Shown piece after piece: positions 8,085 to 16,442 of a stretch of DNA of 51,984 bases. The stretch spans positions 1 to 51,984 of the forward strand of contig CAYIUL010000001.1 in the NCBI GenBank assembly GCA_964366725.1, given 5' to 3'. Numbering within the stretch: the stretch's first letter is position 1; each line of letters begins with the position of its first letter. The position numbers and the translations under genes were made by a program. The notes under the pieces were generated by a model. That model saw only the letters and a list, made by a program, of their open reading frames with translations. It did no database searches and was not told where the DNA came from. Source of the DNA: an uncultured Candidatus Saccharibacteria bacterium (lineage in GTDB: Bacteria; Patescibacteriota; Minisyncoccia; 2-02-FULL-40-12; GWA2-44-9).

Positions 8085-8516
8085 ATGGAAAAAATACCAC
8101 CAAAAGTAGAAACACCGTCTTTTGAAAGATTGGAATTGGAACCGGAAGGGATAGGTTCTTTGGAGTTCATGGGCATGAAAGTAAGATATGTGCTTGACGA
8201 CCCCGAAGAACCCAACGGAACGGGACCTTCCAAGCCGGCCTTCTTCATGTTTACCCAAGATTACGGTTACGGAGCAACCACAGAAGATACGCTATCGGTC
8301 TGGATATGGGAAGGCGTACCCAAAAAATTCAAAGAAATACTGCTTTATCATGAACTCATGGAAGGATACTACTCACAATTAGGAGTAGAGCATCCCCGAA
8401 GCCATGAGTTGGCTAAAAAATCCCACCTGGCATACGCTAAACAATTTTTATCTGCCGAAGACCTGAACGAATTTCTGGAATGGCAATCCCAATTGCCCGA
8501 AGGGGGGACATTCTAG
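8085..8516 (+). CDS. hypothetical protein
   Basis: 143-aa ORF. TGgTATAAT ends 7 nt before the ATG. No recognisable domain. Confidence 0.6.
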   Translation: MEKIPPKVETPSFERLELEPEGIGSLEFMGMKVRYVLDDPEEPNGTGPSKPAFFMFTQDYGYGATTEDTLSVWIWEGVPKKFKEILLYHELMEGYYSQLGVEHPRSHELAKKSHLAYAKQFLSAEDLNEFLEWQSQLPEGGTF

Positions 8517-8542
8517 CGCATTTAACGTGGCTTTTTCTTTTC

Positions 8543-8567
8543 ATAATAAAACCCCGCTATGGCGGGG
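8543..8567 (-). terminator. intrinsic terminator for the minus-strand membrane protein gene
   Basis: CCCCGC-tatg-GCGGGG. On the minus strand it is followed by TTTTATTAT. Confidence 0.6.
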
Positions 8568-8571
8568 TGTG

Positions 8572-8937
8572 TTAGTCAGAATTTTTTGTTGGTGTCCGTT
8601 TTGTCTCGCTAAGCCAGAGCAGGCCCAATATCATGGAGTAAAACCACAGAAAAAAGAGCATGGTTCCGTATTCGGAGTTGATGAATTCCGGAGAATTGGG
8701 TTTGTGGTTGAGCCAACCGTTTATCGCATACACGAATCCGGGGCCGACAACCGCCAGCGAACCATTCATTTTGATAATTCTGGAAATTTTCTGTTCTGCT
8801 ATTGTCGCTTCGTTAAGAATGAACATAAGACCCATCCAAAAGAACACAAACGGGACAGACCCGAACACAACAGAGGCGACAAGAGAGCCGCAAAGGACTG
8901 CCAAAGATGACCATCTTACGATATCCAATTTCGTCAA
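8572..8937 (-). CDS. hypothetical integral membrane protein
   Basis: 121 aa with 3-4 hydrophobic helices. Preferred over the overlapping plus-strand ORFs, which have an unprotein-like composition. A terminator lies downstream. TTG start. Confidence 0.6.
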   Translation of the reverse strand: MTKLDIVRWSSLAVLCGSLVASVVFGSVPFVFFWMGLMFILNEATIAEQKISRIIKMNGSLAVVGPGFVYAINGWLNHKPNSPEFINSEYGTMLFFLWFYSMILGLLWLSETKRTPTKNSD

Positions 8938-9081
8938 AACAACTCCTTGATGGTTTAAATGAACTTTGAGAATTTAACGCCAAATCAACCCGGAGTCAAT
9001 AGCCGATTAATTTGACACTTCTGTTACATTTAGCGATATTTAGTTTTGTTCCTTTTGAGTTCTCTTTTGCGGAGGGAGGTC

Positions 9082-9210
9082 ATGACCAAGTTGTTGATGA
9101 TGTTCGGATTATTTATTTTTATTATCCTTATCCTCCTGCTGGCGGGTTTTCTGTCTTTGCATAGCGACCCGGAATCTCCCTACGACGAAAAAAATAAAGA
9201 CAAGCGATAA
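9082..9210 (+). CDS. possible small membrane protein (42 aa)
   Basis: GGAGGGAGG lies 3 nt upstream of the ATG. MTKLLMMFGLFIFIILILLLAGFLSLHS... forms a single TM helix. A CCGGC-aaaca-GCCGG-TTTTT hairpin follows. Confidence 0.4.
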   Translation: MTKLLMMFGLFIFIILILLLAGFLSLHSDPESPYDEKNKDKR

Positions 9211-9313
9211 GAGCCGGCAAACAGCCGGTTTTTAAAAACTTTTAAAGAACGGTTGTAGTTTGGGGTAATAAGGAATATATTCGAAACATATTCTTTTACA
9301 AAAGGGGTTGGCT

Positions 9314-10162
9314 ATGAAACTGCGTAAACAGACGCTTATTGCCCTGCCCCTGTTGGCCCTGCTTGGAATTGAGCCAATAGCCGCGCAAAAGGCGGGCCAG
9401 ACCTACAGCGGTCGGGCCGATGACAGTTCCGCTGTCCGCTGGGCAATACCGGAGGATTTTGACGGTTCTCTGGTGTTTTGTCGGGGATACTACCGGCAGA
9501 ATCGCACCGAAGAAGGGAGCTGGGGCTGGTTCGTTGACTACCCCGGAGCTGATTACAATCTTCTTATCCGGATAGGCGAATTGACAAAAACTCGGGTCCG
9601 GCTGAATTCCCAAGGCAAACCTATCCATGTGGTTGTGCATTTGGACAGCCCTCTTGTTTTTAAGTGCCCTATAATTTTTTTATCGGAAGTCGGGACGCTC
9701 AAATTTTCCGATAGCGAGGTCAAAAATCTCCGCAACTATTTTAAAAAGGGCGGATTTCTCTGGGCAGACGATTTTTGGGGTTCGGAGAGCTGGAATCAAT
9801 GGGAACAGCAAATCCGTCGAGTATTGCCGTCAGACACTTACCCGATGATAGACATTCCCGCAACCCACCCCATAAGGAACGAACTTTTCAGCATTAAAGA
9901 CATTCCCCAGGTGCCAAACATACTTTTCTGGTATAGACAATCCGGGCAAACTTCAGAATTTGGAAAGGATAGTCGAGAAGTCCACTTCAGGGGAATACGG
10001 GACCAGACCGGGAAGCTTATAGCCGTAATGACCCACAATACTGATATCGGAGAAACAATGGAAATGGAAGGATCTGATATAAATGGAAAGTTTTTTTATA
10101 AATTTTCCCCGGCGGGATACGGTATCGCGATAAACATTTTCTTATATGCCCTGACGCACTGA
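9314..10162 (+). CDS. secreted protein, DUF4159-like
   Basis: Signal peptide MKLRKQTLIALPLLALLG. WFVDYPGADYNLL ... KKGGFLWADDFWG resembles DUF4159 from memory; this was not verified. Confidence 0.6.
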   Translation: MKLRKQTLIALPLLALLGIEPIAAQKAGQTYSGRADDSSAVRWAIPEDFDGSLVFCRGYYRQNRTEEGSWGWFVDYPGADYNLLIRIGELTKTRVRLNSQGKPIHVVVHLDSPLVFKCPIIFLSEVGTLKFSDSEVKNLRNYFKKGGFLWADDFWGSESWNQWEQQIRRVLPSDTYPMIDIPATHPIRNELFSIKDIPQVPNILFWYRQSGQTSEFGKDSREVHFRGIRDQTGKLIAVMTHNTDIGETMEMEGSDINGKFFYKFSPAGYGIAINIFLYALTH

Positions 10163-10181
10163 AAAGTCGGGGCTTTTGATT

Positions 10182-10982
10182 TTAGAACTCCACCGTATTC
10201 ACCCCTCCGCGAGTGTCCGCTTCTATGAGTTTATAATTCCTACCGTCATCAACGACAAGCCAGTCCTCGTCTTTATACCACGTGGCTTTAACTATAGGCC
10301 TCGCTATGCGGATGATGCGTTCTTTTTCTCCCGCTTTCCTTAACGGTTGGTAGTTCGTGTCATTGAACCAGATGACCCAAAGCTCTCTTCCTGACCAGTA
10401 GGCGAGTTTATTATCGTCTTGAGAAAGCGAAAACCCTTTTACGTTTACGGCCAATTGTTCTGGTTTGTTTTCCGGGCCGTTATTTTTGTATAAAATATTA
10501 CTCTTTAAATAATACGGCTCGGGGTTCGGTGTTGCCGAAGGCGAGGGACTGGGAGTTATTTTGGGAGCCGGTTGAGGATAAAGGATCTCTTCCAACTCCG
10601 CTTCAAGCGCCTCTTTTTCCTCTCCCGCGACGGGGAACAGGATTATTTTGGAAAATTCGTTTACCAAACCTTCTTCGATAACGAACCTCTTTTCCCACGA
10701 AGAATACTGGTCGTCCCGCGCGAGACGGACGGAATATTCCCCAGGCAAAAGGCCGTTGATGGTTTTGGAGTTTCCGAGGAAAGAAGTGTTGCCCGCCAGC
10801 TTATCGTCCAAATATACTTTGGCGCCGACATTGGCTTTGACGTGAACTGAACCCGTACGGCTAAACCTCCTCTCGGAGAAGTTATATTTGTATCCCTGCG
10901 CGTAGAGAACTACGACATAGCTTACAAACAAAAAAATGGCTACCGCTGTATAGAATATCGTCCTCTTGGTGCGTTTGGTCAT
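10182..10982 (-). CDS. membrane-anchored PEGA-domain protein
   Basis: 266 aa. N-terminal TM helix and a PEGA-like beta domain (VHVKANVGAKVYLDDKLAGNT ... LPGEYSVRL). Confidence 0.7.
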   Translation of the reverse strand: MTKRTKRTIFYTAVAIFLFVSYVVVLYAQGYKYNFSERRFSRTGSVHVKANVGAKVYLDDKLAGNTSFLGNSKTINGLLPGEYSVRLARDDQYSSWEKRFVIEEGLVNEFSKIILFPVAGEEKEALEAELEEILYPQPAPKITPSPSPSATPNPEPYYLKSNILYKNNGPENKPEQLAVNVKGFSLSQDDNKLAYWSGRELWVIWFNDTNYQPLRKAGEKERIIRIARPIVKATWYKDEDWLVVDDGRNYKLIEADTRGGVNTVEF

Positions 10983-11060
10983 AAGTAGATTTACCCTGTT
11001 GATTTTAGCATAAAATAAGATTAGATTAAAGCATCATAAAGCAGGCCGGCAAGTTATAAC

Positions 11061-11110
11061 TGGCAACGAGGATGAACAAAAATTTATTTTTGATTCATCC
11101 GAGAGAACCA
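11061..11110 (+). other. conserved 50-nt hairpin motif, copy 1 (upstream of mreB)
   Basis: TGGCAACGAGGATGAACAAAAATTTATTTTTGATTCATCCGAGAGAACCA. Same length and flanks as 37223-37272, with compensatory inner-stem differences. Confidence 0.6.
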
Positions 11111-11130
11111 GTTATATGTAATCATATAAT

Positions 11131-12132
11131 ATGAAAAAGATCGGAATTGATTTAGGCACAACCAACACCGTAGTATTCCTTCCCAAGAAAGGGATTATTC
11201 TCAACGAGCCGTCTGTGGTGGCGATTTCTATTCTCGACAACAAGATACTTTCTGTCGGCAATCTGGCCAAGGAAATGATAGGCCGGACGCCCGACAGCAT
11301 TGTCGTTTCCCGCCCGATGGTGGACGGTGCGATTGCCGACTACCGCGTTACCGGAGCGATGCTTAAGTATTTCATTAAAAAGGCGGGCGGATTTTTGAGT
11401 TTCGTTAAGCCGGAGGTTTTAATATCCGTTCCAGCCGGAGTCACCTCGACAGAAAGAAGAGCCGTGATCGAGGCCGCCCTTAATGCCGGAGCCAAAGCCG
11501 TCTATTTGGTTAAAGAACCGGTTCTTGCCGCAATCGGCGCCAAGATACCCATTAACAGCCCGTCGGGAAACATGATATTGAACATCGGCGGAGGCACAAC
11601 CGAGATAGCCGTCATCTCTCTGGGGGGAATAGTGAGCTGGGAGTCGGTCCGCATCGGAGGCAACAAACTCGATCTGGCCATCGTGGAATACATCAAGAAA
11701 AAACATGGCCTGGCGATAGGTGAAAGGACAGCTGAGTTGATAAAAATATCCATCGGCACGGCCATGAAAGAGGCCAATGAAGAAAAAATAAACATCCGTG
11801 GCCGCGACCTTGCTTCTGGTTTTCCAAAAACCATCGAAGTAACCTCCAACGAAGTGACCGAGGCCATCACCGAACATTTAAGGGAGATCGTTCAGATAAT
11901 TAAGAGCGTCCTTGAAAGGACGCCGCCGGAACTCTGCTCCGATATTATGGATAAAGGAATCCACATCTCCGGCGGAGGGGCCTTGCTCAAAAATATAGAC
12001 AAGCTCATCACCAAGGTCACCGGAGTGCCGGCTCAGATAGCCGACGACCCTCTTTTCTGCGTCGCCCGCGGCACCGGCATAGTTCTTGAGAACCTCGACG
12101 TCTACAAGCGGAATGTGCTGGCCAAAAGATAG
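11131..12132 (+). CDS. mreB: rod-shape-determining actin homologue MreB
   Basis: 333 aa. Motifs: [31 protein letters not shown]. Confidence 0.95.
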   Translation: MKKIGIDLGTTNTVVFLPKKGIILNEPSVVAISILDNKILSVGNLAKEMIGRTPDSIVVSRPMVDGAIADYRVTGAMLKYFIKKAGGFLSFVKPEVLISVPAGVTSTERRAVIEAALNAGAKAVYLVKEPVLAAIGAKIPINSPSGNMILNIGGGTTEIAVISLGGIVSWESVRIGGNKLDLAIVEYIKKKHGLAIGERTAELIKISIGTAMKEANEEKINIRGRDLASGFPKTIEVTSNEVTEAITEHLREIVQIIKSVLERTPPELCSDIMDKGIHISGGGALLKNIDKLITKVTGVPAQIADDPLFCVARGTGIVLENLDVYKRNVLAKR

Positions 12133-12169
12133 TTGACACCGAATAGCAAATTGTTAACCTTAAGAAAAC

Positions 12170-12391
12170 ATGACTTTCAAACCCAAACAACTCGACCCAA
12201 AGTCGGTTAAAGTTTTCAGCGAAACCGAGGTTGGAACTTTGCTTGAAGACATTGACTCAAAGATAGACCTTATACTCGAAGGCCAAAACTTTATACAAAA
12301 TGACATCAAGACCATTAAGAACAGCCATCAGAACCTGAACAGCCGCGTAGACCGGACCGAGATCCGACTGGACGTCATCGAGGCCAAATAA
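12170..12391 (+). CDS. hypothetical coiled-coil protein
   Basis: 73-aa ORF with a terminator downstream. Confidence 0.5.
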   Translation: MTFKPKQLDPKSVKVFSETEVGTLLEDIDSKIDLILEGQNFIQNDIKTIKNSHQNLNSRVDRTEIRLDVIEAK

Positions 12392-12413
12392 ATTGCTCTG
12401 CTACTCCTCATCC

Positions 12414-12437
12414 AGCCCGAATAGGGCTTTTTGTTTT
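12414..12437 (+). terminator. intrinsic terminator
   Basis: AGCCC-gaata-GGGCT followed by TTTTGTTTT. Confidence 0.6.
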
Positions 12438-12461
12438 CTATAAAAATGCTATAAGTTCTAT

Positions 12462-13532
12462 ATGCGTATCGCACTCGTTCATGACTGGCTCAACAACCTC
12501 GGCGGGGCCGAGCGTGTGCTCATAGAACTCCATAAGACATTTCCCGACGCGCCAATATATGCCCTTTTTTACAACAAAAAATTCGTCCGCGAACATCTGC
12601 CTAACGCGAACATAATTCCCAGCGGGTTGCAAAAATTCCCGTTCATTACAAAAACATATCCCATTTTACTTCCTCTGATGCCGAGCGTCGTAGAATCATT
12701 CGACATGTCCGACTACGATGTCGTTATCTCCTCTTCGGTCATATTCTCAAAAGGACTGGTATTAAAGCCAAAAACAAAACACATCTGCTATTGCTATAGT
12801 CCGACCAGGTTCCTATGGGACAGGCACACCGAATACGAACACAGTTCATGGCCTGCAAAAATCGCCCAGCACCTCCTGCGCGTCTGGGACCGGCAGGCCT
12901 CCGACAGGGTGGACCAGTTTGTGGCCATATCGGAAAACGTGAAAGACAGGATACAAAAATACTACCGCAGGGATTCCAAAATAATCTACCCTCCGGTATC
13001 TCTAACGACACGGGGTGTCGTTAGCCCCAAAACTGTGGATAAGTCGGGATACTATTTGATAGTGAGCCGCTTATTTCCTTATAAAAATATAGACATCGCG
13101 ATAGAAGCATTCAATAAGCTTGGATACGAGCTGGTGATAGTGGGGGACGGGCCGGATATGGTTCGTTTGAAAAAGATGGCCGGAAAGAATATCAAACTTG
13201 TCGGATATAAGACCGACAAAGAGGTGGCCGAGTATTACAGGAATTGCAAAGCGTTCATAATGCCGCAGGAAGAGGACTTCGGATTGACGCCTTTGGAGGC
13301 GATGAGCTTTGGCAAGCCGGTGCTGGCCTTAAGAAAAGGCGGGGCGTTGGAAACAATAACCGAAGGCCTCCATGGGGAGTTCTTTGACGACCCGATACCG
13401 GAGGCCTTAGCCGACGGCGTCCGCCGATTGAATGAAAATTACCCCTCATACAAGCGAATGGAAATTCTCTATCAGGCCCAAAAATTCTCAAGGGACAGAT
13501 TCAAAAGAGAGATAATGGAGCTATTGGTGTAA
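12462..13532 (+). CDS. GT4-family glycosyltransferase
   Basis: 356 aa. Motifs: GGAERV, VSRLFPYKN, EEDFGLTPLEAMSFGKPV (EX7E region). Confidence 0.85.
   Translation: MRIALVHDWLNNLGGAERVLIELHKTFPDAPIYALFYNKKFVREHLPNANIIPSGLQKFPFITKTYPILLPLMPSVVESFDMSDYDVVISSSVIFSKGLVLKPKTKHICYCYSPTRFLWDRHTEYEHSSWPAKIAQHLLRVWDRQASDRVDQFVAISENVKDRIQKYYRRDSKIIYPPVSLTTRGVVSPKTVDKSGYYLIVSRLFPYKNIDIAIEAFNKLGYELVIVGDGPDMVRLKKMAGKNIKLVGYKTDKEVAEYYRNCKAFIMPQEEDFGLTPLEAMSFGKPVLALRKGGALETITEGLHGEFFDDPIPEALADGVRRLNENYPSYKRMEILYQAQKFSRDRFKREIMELLV
13002..13024. repeat. in-CDS palindrome, TAACGAC family, copy A
   Basis: CTAACGACAC-ggg-GTGTCGTTAG with 10-bp arms, translated LTTRGVVS inside the GT4 gene. Confidence 0.85.
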
Positions 13533-13560
13533 ATAAAAAGAGAGCTGGTCAGGCTCTCTT
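13533..13560. terminator. bidirectional hairpin between convergent genes
   Basis: AAGAGAGC-tggtcag-GCTCTCTT. An A-run lies on the plus side, which reads as a T-run for the minus-strand ABC gene. Confidence 0.6.
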
Positions 13561-13603
13561 GTCCGCCGGCTGGCGGATATTTAAACTTACGACCGATTTG
13601 AGT

Positions 13604-15436
13604 TTATATCATCGTCACTTGGTGATCCACCAAACGTCGGTAGGACGGGCACGTCCGATAGAGATCGGGGTGCGTCCCTTCACCAACGACTCGCCCTTCG
13701 TCCATCACGATGATGCGGTTGGCGTACCGAATGGTCGAGAAGCGATGAGCGATGATGATGGTCGTCCGGCCCCGTGACGCTTCGTTGATGGCGTCGCGGA
13801 TCTCCGCCTCGACTGCGGCATCCAGTGAACTGGTCGCTTCGTCGAAGATTAGAATAGCCGGATCCTTGATGAGCGCCCGGGCTATGCCGACGCGCTGGCG
13901 TTCTCCGCCGGACAGCTTTATCCCGCGCTCGCCGATCAGGGTATCGAACCCCTTTTCAAGCTTGTGCGAGAACCGGCTGATCTGGGCGATCTTTGCAATC
14001 CGTTCCAACTCCTCTTCGGTCACGTCTTTGGCTTTCCCGTTGAGACCGTAGAGAATGTTGTAGCGGATGCTCTGATCGAACAGAGGCACAACCTGCTCCA
14101 CCACGCCCACCTTGGAACGGTAGTCGTGAAGGTCGACAACCCTGAGATCTTGGCCGTCGATAAGGACTTGCCCCGATATCGGATCACTGGCACGCACCAG
14201 TAAGCTGGCAAGTGTGGTTTTTCCGGAACCGGATTCGCCGACAATGGCCACCGTCTCACCTGGCGCTACCTTGAATGATACGTCCTGAAGCGCTGGCTTG
14301 CTAGATTTCTCAGGTTTGTGACCATCTGCCTCATCTTCGTCCGGCGAGATCGGCATACGGTTGTTGTAGGCGAAGGAAAGATTCCTCACCTCGATGTGAC
14401 CCCGAACGGGGTTGAGCACAACCGGGTTCGGAACAACTTTCACGTCCGATTCCATAGTCAGGAATTCGCAGTACCTTTTGATAGAGGTCCACATCCTGAT
14501 GATCTGGCGCTGTAAGTGTCCAATGTTCCACAGGCCGTCCAGCGCGTTTCCAGACCAAGCCCAGAAGACCACAATGGTGCCGACGGTGTAGCGTTTGTTG
14601 TAGACGTAGTAAGCGCCGACAGCCATTATCACTACCCTCGCCAGAATAACAATCATGGAGCGAAGGTAGGCGAGAATAAGAAATCGTCGCCACACAGGTC
14701 TTGCAAACGTGACCGTCTCGGCGTATTTCGCATCAGCTTCTTCTCGCGCCTTTTTTTCTTGCGCGTTTACCAGCACGTGGCCGATGTGTTGGATGATCTC
14801 GTTCCTGAATCTCGACTCCTGATTCCACATCTTCTCGAGCTTCTTCAGGTCGTCCTTGAAGGTGTAGTTCATCCAGAGAGTCAGCGAAATGAACAGCGCC
14901 ATAGCAACCAGAACGATTGAACCCATCGCCAAACTCAACCAGCACATTGCGAACGCCATGATAATCGCTCGTGAAGCGGTGGGCACAATCTCGTAGACCA
15001 GCATATTCACCAGTGAGGTGAGCGAGTGCTGGCCTCGATTGATAATGCTCTGCTTCAGGCCCGAATTGAGCGTGTTGTGCTGACCGACCGAGAGCGCCGT
15101 CATCCTGAACATCGTCTGGTCGCTCGCAGCTTCGTCGATATCAAAATCGACCTTATTCACTTCGTAGTTTTCACGCCCAAACGAGAGCATGTGGCCCAAA
15201 AGCATGACGCCTCCGGCCAATGCAATGAGCCAGTAGGTCTGACTCATGATTTCCTTAGGATACTCGTTTTTGAGTATTGCCGGCCCAAGGTTATCAATGA
15301 TGACACCCTGAATGTAGGGACTCACCAGTGACAGCGCCTGTCCCAGTGCGATGAGCACTAAAACAAGCGCCATACGCCATTTCAGGGGGCCGAAAATAGC
15401 CCACGCCTGCTCGAAAAACGCTTTTCGAAATGACAT
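13604..15436 (-). CDS. ABC exporter, fused permease + ATPase (MsbA-like type I)
   Basis: 610 aa. Six-helix TMD, Walker A GESGSGKTT, signature LSGGERQR, Walker B ILIFDEATS. GC-rich relative to its neighbours. Confidence 0.9.
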   Translation of the reverse strand: MSFRKAFFEQAWAIFGPLKWRMALVLVLIALGQALSLVSPYIQGVIIDNLGPAILKNEYPKEIMSQTYWLIALAGGVMLLGHMLSFGRENYEVNKVDFDIDEAASDQTMFRMTALSVGQHNTLNSGLKQSIINRGQHSLTSLVNMLVYEIVPTASRAIIMAFAMCWLSLAMGSIVLVAMALFISLTLWMNYTFKDDLKKLEKMWNQESRFRNEIIQHIGHVLVNAQEKKAREEADAKYAETVTFARPVWRRFLILAYLRSMIVILARVVIMAVGAYYVYNKRYTVGTIVVFWAWSGNALDGLWNIGHLQRQIIRMWTSIKRYCEFLTMESDVKVVPNPVVLNPVRGHIEVRNLSFAYNNRMPISPDEDEADGHKPEKSSKPALQDVSFKVAPGETVAIVGESGSGKTTLASLLVRASDPISGQVLIDGQDLRVVDLHDYRSKVGVVEQVVPLFDQSIRYNILYGLNGKAKDVTEEELERIAKIAQISRFSHKLEKGFDTLIGERGIKLSGGERQRVGIARALIKDPAILIFDEATSSLDAAVEAEIRDAINEASRGRTTIIIAHRFSTIRYANRIIVMDEGRVVGEGTHPDLYRTCPSYRRLVDHQVTMI

Positions 15437-15575
15437 TGCTGCCTCCTCCTTAGCACCCCGCGGGGTGCGATGATATTTAATAGTAAAAGAACCGTTTCAC
15501 TATTATACCATAAAGTTAAATTTATTCAAGACATTCAAAATTGCGTAAAATAGCCATTTTTAGTAAAATAAACCG

Positions 15576-16442
15576 GTGAATATCAGTGTTGTTACCATCA
15601 ACTACAACAGTTCGGAGAACACGATAAAACTTTTGGAGTCCCTCAAAAACCAGACCGACAAAAATTTTAATGTTTTGGTCATTGATAATAACTCCGGTCC
15701 GGACCAGAAAGCAATATTAAAGAACTACCGGACAGAAGAAACTAATATCGTATTTATCGAAAACGAACATAACCTGGGTTTTTCCGGAGGCAACAATGTC
15801 GGGATCAAGAAAGCCCTTGCAGATGGCGCTGACTGGATTCTCCTGCTCAATAACGATACTTGGGTAGAAAGTGACTTTATCCATCGTCTAAAGACAAATT
15901 TAGAAGGCAAGGAGGGGATAATGGGGTTGGCCATAGACGAAGGGGGCAGAACCGTTTACGCCGGTAAAATTGAATGGCTAAAACCCACACTTATCCACAT
16001 AACGACACGGGGTGTCGTTAGTCCACAGGCATATGCTATCGGGGGGGCGATGGCGGTGCATAAGAACGTATTTGAAAAAATAGGGTTCTTGGACGAGAGA
16101 TATTTTCTTTATTTTGAGGATGCCGATTACAGCATAAGGGCCCAAAAGGCGAGCATTCCCGTGGAGTTTTTGCCTGAAGTTCAGGTCCGCCATTCTGTCT
16201 CGGCGTCAACCAAAAAACTCGGCTCGCCTCTCATTCTGCGCTACCACTACCGCAATGCTTTGTATTTCAATTTGAAACACGGGCCATGGTATATCAAACT
16301 GCTTGTCTTGCCCTGGAGCTGGTTTGTGGCTGTAAAACAGATACTTAAGCTGACAGCGGGAAGAAACGCCAAAGAGTCAGAAGCAATATTGGCCGGGGTC
16401 GTAGATTTTTATAAAAACAATTACGGAAAACTTCATGTATAA
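15576..16442 (+). CDS. GT2-family glycosyltransferase
   Basis: 288 aa, GTG start. Motifs: VVTINYNS, VIDNNS, LLNNDT, YFEDADYS. Confidence 0.85.
   Translation: MNISVVTINYNSSENTIKLLESLKNQTDKNFNVLVIDNNSGPDQKAILKNYRTEETNIVFIENEHNLGFSGGNNVGIKKALADGADWILLLNNDTWVESDFIHRLKTNLEGKEGIMGLAIDEGGRTVYAGKIEWLKPTLIHITTRGVVSPQAYAIGGAMAVHKNVFEKIGFLDERYFLYFEDADYSIRAQKASIPVEFLPEVQVRHSVSASTKKLGSPLILRYHYRNALYFNLKHGPWYIKLLVLPWSWFVAVKQILKLTAGRNAKESEAILAGVVDFYKNNYGKLHV
16000..16020. repeat. in-CDS palindrome, TAACGAC family, copy B
   Basis: TAACGACAC-ggg-GTGTCGTTA, translated ITTRGVVS inside the GT2 gene. Confidence 0.85.

Noticed and set aside
15457-15472. Perfect 16-nt palindrome GCACCCCG|CGGGGTGC next to the Shine-Dalgarno site of the minus-strand ABC exporter.
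   Set aside because: No T-run follows on either strand, so it was not called a terminator. It may be a 5'-UTR hairpin, but a single copy gives no basis for a functional claim.
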